A DNA stretch of 64,000 nucleotides from a virus (Duplodnaviria; Caudoviricetes), in the IMG/VR virus record IMGVR_UViG_3300005739_000025; one strand, written 5' to 3'. Below, piece after piece: positions 26,779-37,700 of the stretch; the stretch's first letter is position 1; each line of letters begins with the position of its first letter. The notes beneath the pieces were generated by a model. The model saw only the letters and a program-made list of their open reading frames with translations. It did no database searches and was not told the DNA's origin. A program made the translations under genes and the position numbers.

Positions 26779-27225
26779 ATGATTCAGTCTATTCTTAAAA
26801 AACCCGTTATGAGATTTGCTAAAACTCATCAAGACGCTCAATTACCAAAAAAAAATCATTCTGACGATGCTGGCTGGGATTTATTTTCTGTAGAAAATAA
26901 AATTATTAAAGCTAAAGAGAAAGCAGTCGTTGATGTCGGCTTACAACTAGCTTATTTAGAGCCTGGTTATTGGATTAGAGTTGCTTCAAGATCTGGATTA
27001 TCATTTAAGAATGGTATTTTAGCTCATCCTGGTGTTATTGATACGGGATATAGAGGTACTCTTGGAGTACTATTGTATAATCATGATTTAGTTGATCACG
27101 AAGTTAAAGTAGGTGATAGAATTGCCCAAATAGTTGTACATTTTAACGTTGACTTAGACGTGGAATGGGGTAATATAGAAACTACAGAACGAGGTGAAAA
27201 AGGTTTTGGTTCTTCTGGAAGATAA
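26779..27225 (+). CDS. dut: Trimeric dUTPase
   Basis: All five motifs: DAGWDL, SRSGL, GVIDTGYRG, GDRIAQ, RGEKGFGSSG. Confidence 0.96.
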   Translation: MIQSILKKPVMRFAKTHQDAQLPKKNHSDDAGWDLFSVENKIIKAKEKAVVDVGLQLAYLEPGYWIRVASRSGLSFKNGILAHPGVIDTGYRGTLGVLLYNHDLVDHEVKVGDRIAQIVVHFNVDLDVEWGNIETTERGEKGFGSSGR

Positions 27226-28160
27226 TGGAAAATAACTTAGAAAATCTTTGGATTGAGAAATATCGTCCAAAGCTAATTAGTGATCTTGTCTTATCTGATG
27301 AAAACAGAAAGATAATAGATAAATTTATTACTAGCGATGAAATACCGAATTTACTTTTATACGGTAATGCTGGCACAGGTAAGACTTCATTAGCTAAGAT
27401 TTTGGTAAATGTATTGGATGCAGAGCATTTATTATTGAACTGCTCCGAGGTTGGTATTGATACAGTTAGAACAACTATCACACAATTTAGTCAGACCAAA
27501 AGCTTTAACGGTAAAATGAAAATCGTTATATGCGATGAAATAGATTCCGCTTCTAGTGATGCTCAAAGAGGTTTAAGAAATACAATGGAAGAAAACGCGG
27601 GTTATTGTAGGTATATCTTAACCTGTAATTATGTTAATAGAGTCATACAACCTCTACAAAGTAGATGTCAATCGTTTTTACTAACCCCACCTATTGCAGG
27701 TATCGTTAAAAGAATAGGTCATATTTTAAAAGTCGAAAACATTACTCTGGACGAAGATAATAAGAAAAAGTTGGTTTTACTTGTAAAGAGACTTTACCCT
27801 GATACGAGAAAGAGTATTAATGAAGTTCAAAAGTTCTGTGTTGAGGGTTCGTTAGCTTTGCCAGAAGTTAATATAGTAGATAATTTTGCTACCGAAATAG
27901 TAAATTTAATTATTAAAGGCAAAGCATTAGATGCTAGAAAGTATGTTATCGAGAACGAAGCAGGATTCAATGCTGACTACCAGCAGCTTTTGAACACGTT
28001 GTTTGATATGGTCTGTAATCAGAATTTACCGATAACAGAGCTGCAGAAAAAGATGTGGCTTATTACTATAGGGGAATATATGTATAGAAGTGCATTTGTG
28101 GTTGATCCTGAAATTAACTTCTATTGTCTTATTTTAGCCCTATCAGAAATAAGGGATTAA
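27225..28160 (+). CDS. gp44: Clamp loader AAA+ subunit, T4 gp44/RFC-like
   Basis: LWIEKYRP, PNLLLYGNAGTGKT, ICDEID, AQRGLRNTME, TCNY, PLQSRC. Confidence 0.94.
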   Translation: MENNLENLWIEKYRPKLISDLVLSDENRKIIDKFITSDEIPNLLLYGNAGTGKTSLAKILVNVLDAEHLLLNCSEVGIDTVRTTITQFSQTKSFNGKMKIVICDEIDSASSDAQRGLRNTMEENAGYCRYILTCNYVNRVIQPLQSRCQSFLLTPPIAGIVKRIGHILKVENITLDEDNKKKLVLLVKRLYPDTRKSINEVQKFCVEGSLALPEVNIVDNFATEIVNLIIKGKALDARKYVIENEAGFNADYQQLLNTLFDMVCNQNLPITELQKKMWLITIGEYMYRSAFVVDPEINFYCLILALSEIRD

Positions 28161-28765
28161 CGACTCTTGGGCATGTAACGTGCTGTGTAGCTTGCTACTG
28201 CTGGATCTTTATCTCCTTCGGCTGGACTTGAAGGAATTTTTACGTTTTGGGTAGGAAGACTTATATTAGATTTAGAATCTCTACCATCACCAGTATCTGT
28301 TGTATTTGTTTGCCTGTAAGGTGATAGGTATGAAGTTGGATCCTGTTTTGTTGTTATTTCTTCTGGATCTATAACTTCATTATTATGTCTTCTTAATGCA
28401 TCCGGAACTGGAGCTAGATTAATACCTGTATCTACGTACTCTAATACATGCGCCGGTACAGTTACGAATTGATAGTATAATCCTGGAGCCGTTTCTAAAA
28501 CAATGTCCACTAAGAAAGATTCAGCCTCGTTCTGAATATTACCTGGTTTGTAAGAGCTGGGATAAACTGCTTTAACAGCAGAGACCCTTATATTAAGTCC
28601 TGATTTAACAAATTCATCGATCTTTTGAAGATAATTAACAGCTTGTTTTTTAAAGAATTCATCTCCTTGAAAACCTTCTTTAAATTTTACCAAATCTCCA
28701 ACTAGAAAGCCACCTCTAGTATATCTTTGAATAGCTGATTCGTACAGTTTTATAAACTTTCCCAT
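28157..28765 (-). CDS. Hypothetical late protein, candidate capsid-internal protein
   Basis: N-terminus MGKFIKLYESAI; TATAAATA (28771-28778) 5 nt upstream. Confidence 0.75.
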   Translation of the reverse strand: MGKFIKLYESAIQRYTRGGFLVGDLVKFKEGFQGDEFFKKQAVNYLQKIDEFVKSGLNIRVSAVKAVYPSSYKPGNIQNEAESFLVDIVLETAPGLYYQFVTVPAHVLEYVDTGINLAPVPDALRRHNNEVIDPEEITTKQDPTSYLSPYRQTNTTDTGDGRDSKSNISLPTQNVKIPSSPAEGDKDPAVASYTARYMPKSR

Positions 28766-28770
28766 ATAGT

Positions 28771-28811
28771 TATTTATATTACCAGGTATAAAAAACTAAT
28801 AGTCATAAATA
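28771..28811. promoter_or_regulatory. Divergent pair of late promoters
   Basis: Minus TATAAATA 28771-28778 and plus ATAAATA 28805-28811, each 5 nt from an ATG. Confidence 0.65.
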
Positions 28812-28816
28812 ATTTT

Positions 28817-29287
28817 ATGTCATCTATAGTAATTGATACCCTTAAAGTGAAAGATAAGGGTAAACCTATTTATGTTGATATTGAGCTGGATTTAAAGCAA
28901 AATTACGCTAAAAGTCCTAGATTAAACAGTAAAAACGTTTTAAAAGATTTAGTAGCTTCTTTTGATGTAGATGCGGTAAAAAATAGCTTATTCAATCTAT
29001 TTACTACCATACCCGGACAAAAGATTTTAAATCCTATTTATGGTTTGAACCTTTTACAATTTGTTTTTACAGGTATAACTGAAATAAACGCAAACTTAAT
29101 GGGCAATTTAATTTTAGAGGGTATTAATAAATTTGAACCGAGATTAGAAGTTAAAAAGATTTTTATTTTTCCAGATATAGAAAATCAAACTTATGAAATT
29201 GGTCTTAGATTAGATGTACCTTCGTTAAATATATTAGGTATTACCTTACAGGGTAAACTATCAGAATCAGGATTTTATTTTAACTAA
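28817..29287 (+). CDS. gp25: Baseplate wedge subunit gp25-like
   Basis: DVDAVKNSLFNLFTT.PGQKI.NP.YG.NL, I.KFEPRL. Confidence 0.9.
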   Translation: MSSIVIDTLKVKDKGKPIYVDIELDLKQNYAKSPRLNSKNVLKDLVASFDVDAVKNSLFNLFTTIPGQKILNPIYGLNLLQFVFTGITEINANLMGNLILEGINKFEPRLEVKKIFIFPDIENQTYEIGLRLDVPSLNILGITLQGKLSESGFYFN

Positions 29288-29289
29288 AA

Positions 29290-31164
29290 ATGAGCGACAC
29301 AAACAAACAAAGACCATTTGACCAGGAGTTTCCGTTATCTTATAACGCGTATGCTGCTTTTGACGCGCAAAGCTTAAAGCTATTAATGCAGCAACGTCTT
29401 ACTGAAAACGGGGTTTTTACAGATCAAATTTTTGAAGGAAGCAATTTTAATAATTTACTTGATGTGGTGGCGTACAGTTATAATGTGTTGCTCTACTATT
29501 TAAATCAAACAAGTAATGAGAGTTTATTTTCAAATGTTACTCTTTATGAGAACATGAGCAAAATAGTAAAATTATTAAATTATAAACCAATTGGGCTACA
29601 TTCTTCTGTTTTGAGCTTTCAGGCAGAGGCAAATGAATTGTTAGAACCAGGGGTATATACAATTCCTAGGTTTTCTTACTTTACGGTAAATGATATTATT
29701 TACAGTGTTAATAACGACCTTACATTTGTCAAAAGTTCAACAGGGGTTGAAACATTAAACGAACTTAGTGATTTTTCCTTACTTTATCAAGGGGAATTTA
29801 TTGAATATCCAATTTATGTTTCAACAGGTGAAAACTTTGAAGAAGTAAATATAGTATCCGTAGATTCAGATGGTAATAACGAGCCTATAGATCACAGCAA
29901 CTTTTACGTATTTGTTAGAAATGAAACAGGTAAATGGAGAGAGTGGAAGAGAGTAGAATCTCTCTATTTACAAAACGGTAGTAATGAGTGTTTTGAGGTT
30001 AGATTGAACGAAAATCAAAGATATACAGTAAAGTTCGGTAACAGCGTTACAGGTAAAAAATTAATTGCAGGTAATTTAGTAGCAATTTATTATTTAAGAT
30101 CGGATAAAGACTCTGGGTTTATAGGACCCAATACACTAGATAATAATAAAATGTTCTTTTATTCTACAGAACAATATAACGCTATTGTAAATGATATTAG
30201 AGATGCTAAAACTAGATTAATAACTTTAGAAGAAGTTAGTAATATTAATTTTACAAACACAGAAGCTTCATCACCTTATTCTGATGTAGAAACAGTAGCT
30301 CAAATAAGACAAAATGCACCAAACACATTTAGACAACAAAATAGATTAGTTACTATAGAAGATTTTGAATCTTACATTCATACAAATTTTGGCAATATAT
30401 TAACAGATGTAAAAGTGGTAAATAACTGGGATTATTTAGACGAGCATATTAGATATTTGTATAATATAGGTTTAAAAGAACCGTCATTAGATAGTAGGGT
30501 ATTGTTAAATCAGGTAAGATTTGCTGATAGTTGTAATTTTAACAACATTTACATTTATGGTATACCTAAAAAATTAATTACTAATAATTTTACTTTTGAT
30601 AGAGGATTTTTAAGTGAAGGTATTAAAGACTATATATTAAACAAAATTAATGCCTTAAAAATGTCTACAACAGAAATAGTATTTCAAGACCCTGTTTTTT
30701 TTGCTGTAGGTTTTGGGGTTGCAACCCAAGAAGAAATTTTTAACAACAATTTGACTACAGATATAGTTAAACAAAGCAAACTAGTAGTAAGTAGATCCGC
30801 TTCTAGTAATTTAAGTATAAGCGAAATAAAAAATCAAATAAAACAAACAATACTGGATTACTTTTCATTTTCTAATACTAGACTTGGTCAAGAGATAGAC
30901 TTACAACTATTAACCCAACAGATTTACAATTTAGGGGGGGTTAAAAATATATTTACAACAAGAGATGGGGTGGTTACCCCGGGTTTAAATTTATTAGGAT
31001 TTAATCCAGTATATAATTTTAAAAATGAAGATATAGGTATAATAGCTCAAAATACTAAACTACCATTTTTTAAAATCCCATATTGGTATGATGTGTCAGG
31101 TTTAGATTCGCAGATAGAAGTAATATCTTCTGACTATTTAATAAACAGTAAAAGAGAGTATTAA
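29290..31164 (+). CDS. gp6: Baseplate wedge subunit gp6-like
   Basis: FTD..FEGSN...LLDVVAY, YTVKFGNSVTGKKL, IRQNAP..F..QNRLVTIEDFE. Confidence 0.92.
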   Translation: MSDTNKQRPFDQEFPLSYNAYAAFDAQSLKLLMQQRLTENGVFTDQIFEGSNFNNLLDVVAYSYNVLLYYLNQTSNESLFSNVTLYENMSKIVKLLNYKPIGLHSSVLSFQAEANELLEPGVYTIPRFSYFTVNDIIYSVNNDLTFVKSSTGVETLNELSDFSLLYQGEFIEYPIYVSTGENFEEVNIVSVDSDGNNEPIDHSNFYVFVRNETGKWREWKRVESLYLQNGSNECFEVRLNENQRYTVKFGNSVTGKKLIAGNLVAIYYLRSDKDSGFIGPNTLDNNKMFFYSTEQYNAIVNDIRDAKTRLITLEEVSNINFTNTEASSPYSDVETVAQIRQNAPNTFRQQNRLVTIEDFESYIHTNFGNILTDVKVVNNWDYLDEHIRYLYNIGLKEPSLDSRVLLNQVRFADSCNFNNIYIYGIPKKLITNNFTFDRGFLSEGIKDYILNKINALKMSTTEIVFQDPVFFAVGFGVATQEEIFNNNLTTDIVKQSKLVVSRSASSNLSISEIKNQIKQTILDYFSFSNTRLGQEIDLQLLTQQIYNLGGVKNIFTTRDGVVTPGLNLLGFNPVYNFKNEDIGIIAQNTKLPFFKIPYWYDVSGLDSQIEVISSDYLINSKREY

Positions 31165-31166
31165 TA

Positions 31167-34100
31167 ATGATAAGCTTAACAGGTGTAAAGATAAAAACTA
31201 CCACTTATCCGGATTTTGCGGCTATACAAAGTTTTTTTAGTTATACTTTGTCAAATACTCCATTTTATTTTAAATTACAGTGGGTTTCTAATGATGAAAA
31301 TTATAGAAACTTATTTAGTAGAAATCAAATTTTATGGGATTTTGGTGATGGTGAGTTTTACGTAGGTGAGACAGCAGAACATTATTACAAATGGCCTGGG
31401 TCGTATTTGGTTACAGCCACAATTTATGATGTAGAGGGTAATACCTACACCCTACAAGTAGATAATTTTTTACAAGTTTATAATGCTGTTCCTGATTTGG
31501 TATCTATAGGAGATCTTGGAGGGTCAGTAGCATATCCTATTGAAGCGGGTAAAAAAACCCCACCTCTAAAAATTTTTAGAAGCAATAGCTGGCAATATGA
31601 TAGCTTTTTAAATGGAAAAAATTATACTGTTAATTTATACGCCTCAGGTTGTAGAAGCAATTTTATAAGTGTAAGTTCATATTATTCTAATTCTTGGTCA
31701 CATCTTAAAACATATTTTGGCTTTATTGAAACAACGGTTAATGTTAATAATATTTTAGAAGATAAAATAATTGATTCCACAACAACAACAAGCGCTAGCG
31801 TTTATGCTGAGAGAATTAACACAGGGTTTATTAACAATAGCTGGGATGTAAAATTAAAATTTTACAGTTATCCAGAAAAAAATACAGTTTTTTGTGGAAC
31901 GACCGGAGCTCTTTCAAACGATAAAATATTAACATTTGTAGATCAAAGAGCTAATCTTGACAACATTTATAGTTTTGATATTTTATACGCATCTTTTGAC
32001 TCTACCATTTTTAAAGATGCAAATTATTTAAAATATAATTATAATTCAGATGACCCCTATGGTTTTATAAACTATCCTTACACAGCTCAATTTATCAAGT
32101 CTTTATTCAATCCTGCTACAGGTATAAAAATAACATCCAACGGCATTTCTGTAGAAGGTCCTGTAGAAGAATCAAATGATAGATTTCAAAGAAACTATTC
32201 ATTTGATATATACCCTATAAAATATACCGATTCTAAAATAAATTTTGTATGCACATTTAAAGATAAAGACAATTTTACAACAAAATGCTATCCACCTTTA
32301 AAATTAAATCAAAATAAAGCATTAGAATTAAACGACATAAGAGTTACATTAATGGAATATAATGGCATCTCTTCCACGCCAATTACCGGTGTAAATATAT
32401 ATAAAAACATTGATATACCCGATTATAATAATAGTGGTAGCTATTTTGCTGGGATATTAGAAAGCAAAGAAGAAAGGTCAGTTGTAGCATTATCAGCTAT
32501 ATCTTACATAGTAGATGAGGCTTATACACTTCCAACATTAAACTATGGCTATATAATGCAGCCAGGTTTAAATCAATTTAGGAGAATAAAAAATGAATTT
32601 AATTACGGTTATTATAACAATTCAGAAAAATTTAAAACTGGTGTAAAAAGTAAATTAGACACCTATAAAGCAAATGTTAGCGGCGGTGTAAACATCACTT
32701 ACGCGCCTTTGTTTATAAAAGACCCCTTATCGGGAGGATTTGTATGGATAACAAACAGTGCCAATGATTCATTACTATTATTTGACACGGAGGGTCAACA
32801 AAAAGGTATAGTGTTTTTTAGAAGATTGAGGGTTTTTAGACCTAGTCCGTCCGGCATAGGCGGATCAGCCCCTATTATAAATGCATTGGGGGATAATAGA
32901 AGTGCTTCACCCTGTAATATCGCTATTGATAGCAACGGTGATGCTTGGGTTACCTTAAGAGATACAATTACTTCATTTAAGCTGGATAAAAATACTTTGA
33001 TTGCTACTAAAGTGATAATACCCTCAGTCAAAAGCTTTCCATTTTACAGTAGTGATACAGATTATCTTTCTTTATGTGGTTTTGCGGGTGAAGATTCTGT
33101 TTTACCTTCTAGTATAGATGTAGATAGAAATGACAATGTTTATATTTCTTACACAAATACACTTTGCAGCTTTATAGCAAAATATGACAAAGATGGGAAA
33201 GAATTGTTAAAAATTCCATTTTTATTCCCGTACACAATAAAACAACTATTAATTGACACAGAAAATAATATTTGGGCTACCTCTTTTAATAACGCGGGTT
33301 TATTAGACGAATTAAACGTTCCCCAAACAACGAATATTGTTAATAGAGTAGATTTACTATATTATATAGATCAAAAAAATCCGCTAAACAACTTTGTTAA
33401 AAGATTTTCAATGTTAGGCGACCTAACAATGGATAGTGGTGGTAACGTTTGGGTCAACAGTCAAAACAATACTATTAACAGAATAACAAAAGATGGCAAT
33501 GTAATAAGTTTTTTAATGGGTAACCCTGAAAGTGTAACCGATTATATTCAAGATTTTGGAGGGCTGGCCGGAGATTTGGATGGAAATCTTTGGGTAATAA
33601 ACAATTCAGAAGGATTAATACAATTTTTTGATACAAAAAATCCTCGACAGCTTGATCCATCAGATTACAGTAGCACTATAATACCTGGTATTTTGCCAGC
33701 AATTGTATTACCGGATACATTTAAAACCGTATCCGAGGAAGGTACCTTTGCATATTACCAGACTATTGGTGATTTTACAGGTATTAGATGGGCGTTAAAA
33801 AATAGAGTGAGAACAACGACCGCCCCGAGAATTGTTACAGGTACAAGTAATTACTTTACAATTAGAAAACCTGAATCTATAGTAGTAAAGAAAAACGAAA
33901 ATTATGATTTAGCTACCACAATAAGAAGTTATGCTTTACAGGAATCGCTATATAATAGTACAGACTTTTTTAATAATTTTTTAACCCCAATACTTAACGG
34001 TAATACAGGTAATGTTGATGAATTGGGTAAAGTCATATACGAAAAAATTACCAATTTTGTTGATAATAATTCTGATATAGACAAATGCAATCTAAGAAGT

Positions 34101-34697
34101 TTACAATCTATTTACGAAATGTTTGGTGAAGAATTTACAGATTTTTATTTTTCCGCGCCACCGTTTATGAGAAGAGTAATTGACTTACTATCAATTAAAA
34201 AATGTATATTATATGGCAATTTTAATACCTTTAACAGACAGTTTATCTTATCTTCTTTTGAATATTCTATCGATTCAAATTTAGGTGCAGAGATAGATAT
34301 TGAAACCGGAAAATTTACACCCGGGTTGCCAATAATCACTTACGAGTATTTTAGTAAAAAATATAATTTAGTTCATAATACTTTAGTAAAGGCACCTGGA
34401 TTAAGTGCATTTAAACCCTATCCCCTATCAGCTATAAATTATAATTGGGGGTGGGGTTTAATTACAGGAAATATAGAACAAGATTACAGGGAAATTAAAA
34501 ATTATTATAAATTTTTTGCTTTTAAACCTACAAACAATAAAGATCTTTATGACGGCTTAATAGACTTTGATGATAGTCTTACTAGACTTGAAAAAGAAAT
34601 AATCGATTTTAATGAATGGAAATCGTATGCAGGTACGATGGAGTATATAATTGGTGGTAATTTGTATAAAAACCTTAAACAGTTTAAAATACAGTAA
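31167..34697 (+). CDS. Large baseplate/wedge protein with PKD domain and beta-propeller (gp7-like position)
   Basis: WDFGDG...HYYKWPGSYLV (PKD); repeated IAIDSNGDAWV / IDVDRNDNVY / MDSGGNVWV blades. Confidence 0.6.
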   Translation: MISLTGVKIKTTTYPDFAAIQSFFSYTLSNTPFYFKLQWVSNDENYRNLFSRNQILWDFGDGEFYVGETAEHYYKWPGSYLVTATIYDVEGNTYTLQVDNFLQVYNAVPDLVSIGDLGGSVAYPIEAGKKTPPLKIFRSNSWQYDSFLNGKNYTVNLYASGCRSNFISVSSYYSNSWSHLKTYFGFIETTVNVNNILEDKIIDSTTTTSASVYAERINTGFINNSWDVKLKFYSYPEKNTVFCGTTGALSNDKILTFVDQRANLDNIYSFDILYASFDSTIFKDANYLKYNYNSDDPYGFINYPYTAQFIKSLFNPATGIKITSNGISVEGPVEESNDRFQRNYSFDIYPIKYTDSKINFVCTFKDKDNFTTKCYPPLKLNQNKALELNDIRVTLMEYNGISSTPITGVNIYKNIDIPDYNNSGSYFAGILESKEERSVVALSAISYIVDEAYTLPTLNYGYIMQPGLNQFRRIKNEFNYGYYNNSEKFKTGVKSKLDTYKANVSGGVNITYAPLFIKDPLSGGFVWITNSANDSLLLFDTEGQQKGIVFFRRLRVFRPSPSGIGGSAPIINALGDNRSASPCNIAIDSNGDAWVTLRDTITSFKLDKNTLIATKVIIPSVKSFPFYSSDTDYLSLCGFAGEDSVLPSSIDVDRNDNVYISYTNTLCSFIAKYDKDGKELLKIPFLFPYTIKQLLIDTENNIWATSFNNAGLLDELNVPQTTNIVNRVDLLYYIDQKNPLNNFVKRFSMLGDLTMDSGGNVWVNSQNNTINRITKDGNVISFLMGNPESVTDYIQDFGGLAGDLDGNLWVINNSEGLIQFFDTKNPRQLDPSDYSSTIIPGILPAIVLPDTFKTVSEEGTFAYYQTIGDFTGIRWALKNRVRTTTAPRIVTGTSNYFTIRKPESIVVKKNENYDLATTIRSYALQESLYNSTDFFNNFLTPILNGNTGNVDELGKVIYEKITNFVDNNSDIDKCNLRSLQSIYEMFGEEFTDFYFSAPPFMRRVIDLLSIKKCILYGNFNTFNRQFILSSFEYSIDSNLGAEIDIETGKFTPGLPIITYEYFSKKYNLVHNTLVKAPGLSAFKPYPLSAINYNWGWGLITGNIEQDYREIKNYYKFFAFKPTNNKDLYDGLIDFDDSLTRLEKEIIDFNEWKSYAGTMEYIIGGNLYKNLKQFKIQ

Positions 34698-34736
34698 ATA
34701 GGTATAAAAACGGGTGTATTATTTTAAATAATAATG

Positions 34737-37700
34737 ATGTCAGATTACTCAAAAGCATTACTGTTTAAATCATCAGGTCCTGCGACTTTTTTAAATTGGT
34801 TAGAATTACAAGAGACAGTGTCTCCTAATTTTTCAGTTAATTTAAAAAATTATCAATCTTACATAAAAGAATGGGGTGTACTCAAAAACAGTAAAAAAGG
34901 TTCGTCTGATAAGTTTTTTTCCGATCTTTACATTAATCTGTTAAGAGAAATAACTTTAAACTTTTCAACAGAAGAAGAAAGAAGATTTATTGTAAATTTT
35001 GATTTTACAAAAACAGATAATTTAGACACAATATTACCATTTTTTATTGAAAAAATAAAAAGTATATGTTTATACTATTGCGGTAAAAGAGACAAATTAA
35101 AACAAAAGATATCCCTATTACCTTTTAAAGGAACAACTTTTTCTGTACAAAAAGCAATAAAAACTATAATTTTGGAAGATATAGAATCAGGTAATGTTTT
35201 AAAATTCGCTGAAGGTAGAGTAAATTTTCCATCTCTTAGTTCAATAAATAAAAATTTAAGTGTTAAAGTAGAAGAAATTTATGATAGTACTGACTATTTT
35301 AATACAAACACGGTTTACGAAAATGTATCCTCTTATGGTTTTAATGAAATAGATCCAAATTTATATATAGATTTCAAAGAGTCTATTATTAACGCCATAA
35401 ATCAATATCCGTTATTTTTAACTAATATAAGAAACTCCTTATCATTAAGTTACAATTTAAGTGGTAATGAGCTCTATTATCTAAAAGAAAGGGATTTTTT
35501 AAATTATATTTTTTCTCTTAGTTCAGAGGATTTAAAACTTAATTTAAAACAAAAACTTGCACCTAAATACGCGAGTTGTGATTTTTATTATCTTTCTGTA
35601 GGTTCAACAATAAATGATATTTTTTCAGGGGTATTGTTTACAACCAAACCTCTCACCGGTGCAAATACTCAAAATCTTTCTAACAGAGATAAATCTGCTT
35701 TTGCAACAGTTCAAAGTCTTGATCAAATTTATACAACTTATGAAATGGGTAAATTTTTTATACCATCAAACACAGGTGTATTACAATATAACACAATAGA
35801 TAAAAAAATAGCTATTAATTATAAAAAATTATCTCCTAACGGGGTTTATGTATTTCCTGATCCTGGGGTAGTTGAGAGCTCTGATTTAGATTATCCAATA
35901 ATTTATAGAGTAAACTTATCCTGGAATAAGGAATCCTTAGAAAGTGGATTTAAATTAGGAGATGTAATTTCCAATAGTTATTATCAAAGATTTTACCCGT
36001 ATGAGAGCTATTCACAAGATGTTGTAAACCAACCTTACGGCCTTTCTTTAGCTAAAGATAATGTAGATTTTTGGAATGGTGAGAAAGACAGTGTATGGAC
36101 AGATAGCGATTTATGGCCTGGGTTAAATGAGATAGAATCATTACCATTAGACACCAGATTAAATTCCCTCTTGCAAGATAAAGGGTTTTTAACTGAATGG
36201 TATACAGATATTTACGGTAACGAATTTGGTCTATATAAAAGGGTAAGTGAAAACGAAAATATATTTAATAAAAGAAAATTTATACAGGGCGATCTTTATG
36301 TAAAAAATTCTTTAACAGGGTTGGTTTCTTCTGCTAACCATTTCTTCAATAATATATTTTTAAAATATCCTACAGAAATTCAGAAAGAGTTATTTAATAA
36401 ACATCTGTCTTTTTATTTAATTAAAAACGTGTTTGTTGTAGAGACAGAAAATTACGTAATTGTTGATTCATATAATTTTGAATTTAGTACTGGTAAATTT
36501 TTAAATACCCTATTACCTGGTATATACATACCAAAATATACAATAAATTCTAATTTAGAAAAATATATTAATAGTTACTATGTTGAAAGTACTAATAAAC
36601 TGTATTTGTGTTTTGTAAAATTATTACCCTCCCTATCAGCATCAAATTATAAAAATGTATACCCTACTATATATGAACTTGATGTAGATAGTTTAGAATT
36701 TAAACAAAAATACCCCGGGCTACAATTAGATGTATCTATTCACACTCTATCATCTTTTAAATATGATAACTTTCCAGAAGTAGATATTAGATACATAGAA
36801 GGTGCTAAATTTTCTTACAAAGAAAAATTTAACTTATTTAATTTAACATATTGCGGTTACAATTTAAATGGGATACCTTTTTACATAAACGAACAATTTT
36901 CTATAAGTGATGGTAGCGGGGATATTGTTTCTTATTTTCCTATATTAAACAAACCATATTTTTATACTAGAGATATAAATTTTTCAAACCCTAATCCTGA
37001 TTATAAGTTTAGATTTACTGGTAATTATTCTGAACCAGCTGGTTTTAATGATTTAGAGAATTTTAATTTTGATAAATTAAACATAGACTATAACAACTTT
37101 CATTACAATACTAAAGTAAACCCTGTTTTTATAAACATTCCAGGGTCACACTATGTTCATTTTGATTTCGATCAATATATTTTTGGTAACGTTTATATAG
37201 GTTGTGAAAATTTAAAGGTTACAAAAATAGATAATTTTAATTTTTTAGAGTTTATAACTGAGCAAAATGATTTGACTTCACTAAGAATATCATCAGATGA
37301 GATTTGGTATAAGGTTAGAAACTACTCATTTAATAACTATACTTTTAGTTTATCTGTTTTAAGACCAAAAAATACCAACGGAGCTGTGTTAAAATTTAAT
37401 GCTTCAACATCTTTATCAGGTTTTTCAGGTGTATTTTGTAAAAATTTATATTCTGTGTATAGAAATGTAAAGATAGTAAAAAGCGGAACAGGAAACGGTA
37501 TAGTTACTAGCGATCCATTCTGTTTGGATTGCGGAAATTTGTGTGAGTTTTTATATCCAATAAACGGTACTTTAACCTTAATTCCTTCCGCTGGTTTTAG
37601 ATCCGTATTTGGTGGGTGGTTGGGTGCACCATGTCAAGGTTTAGCTAGTAACTGTTTTTTAGCAATTACCGATAATACTACAATAACTGCTATATTTACT

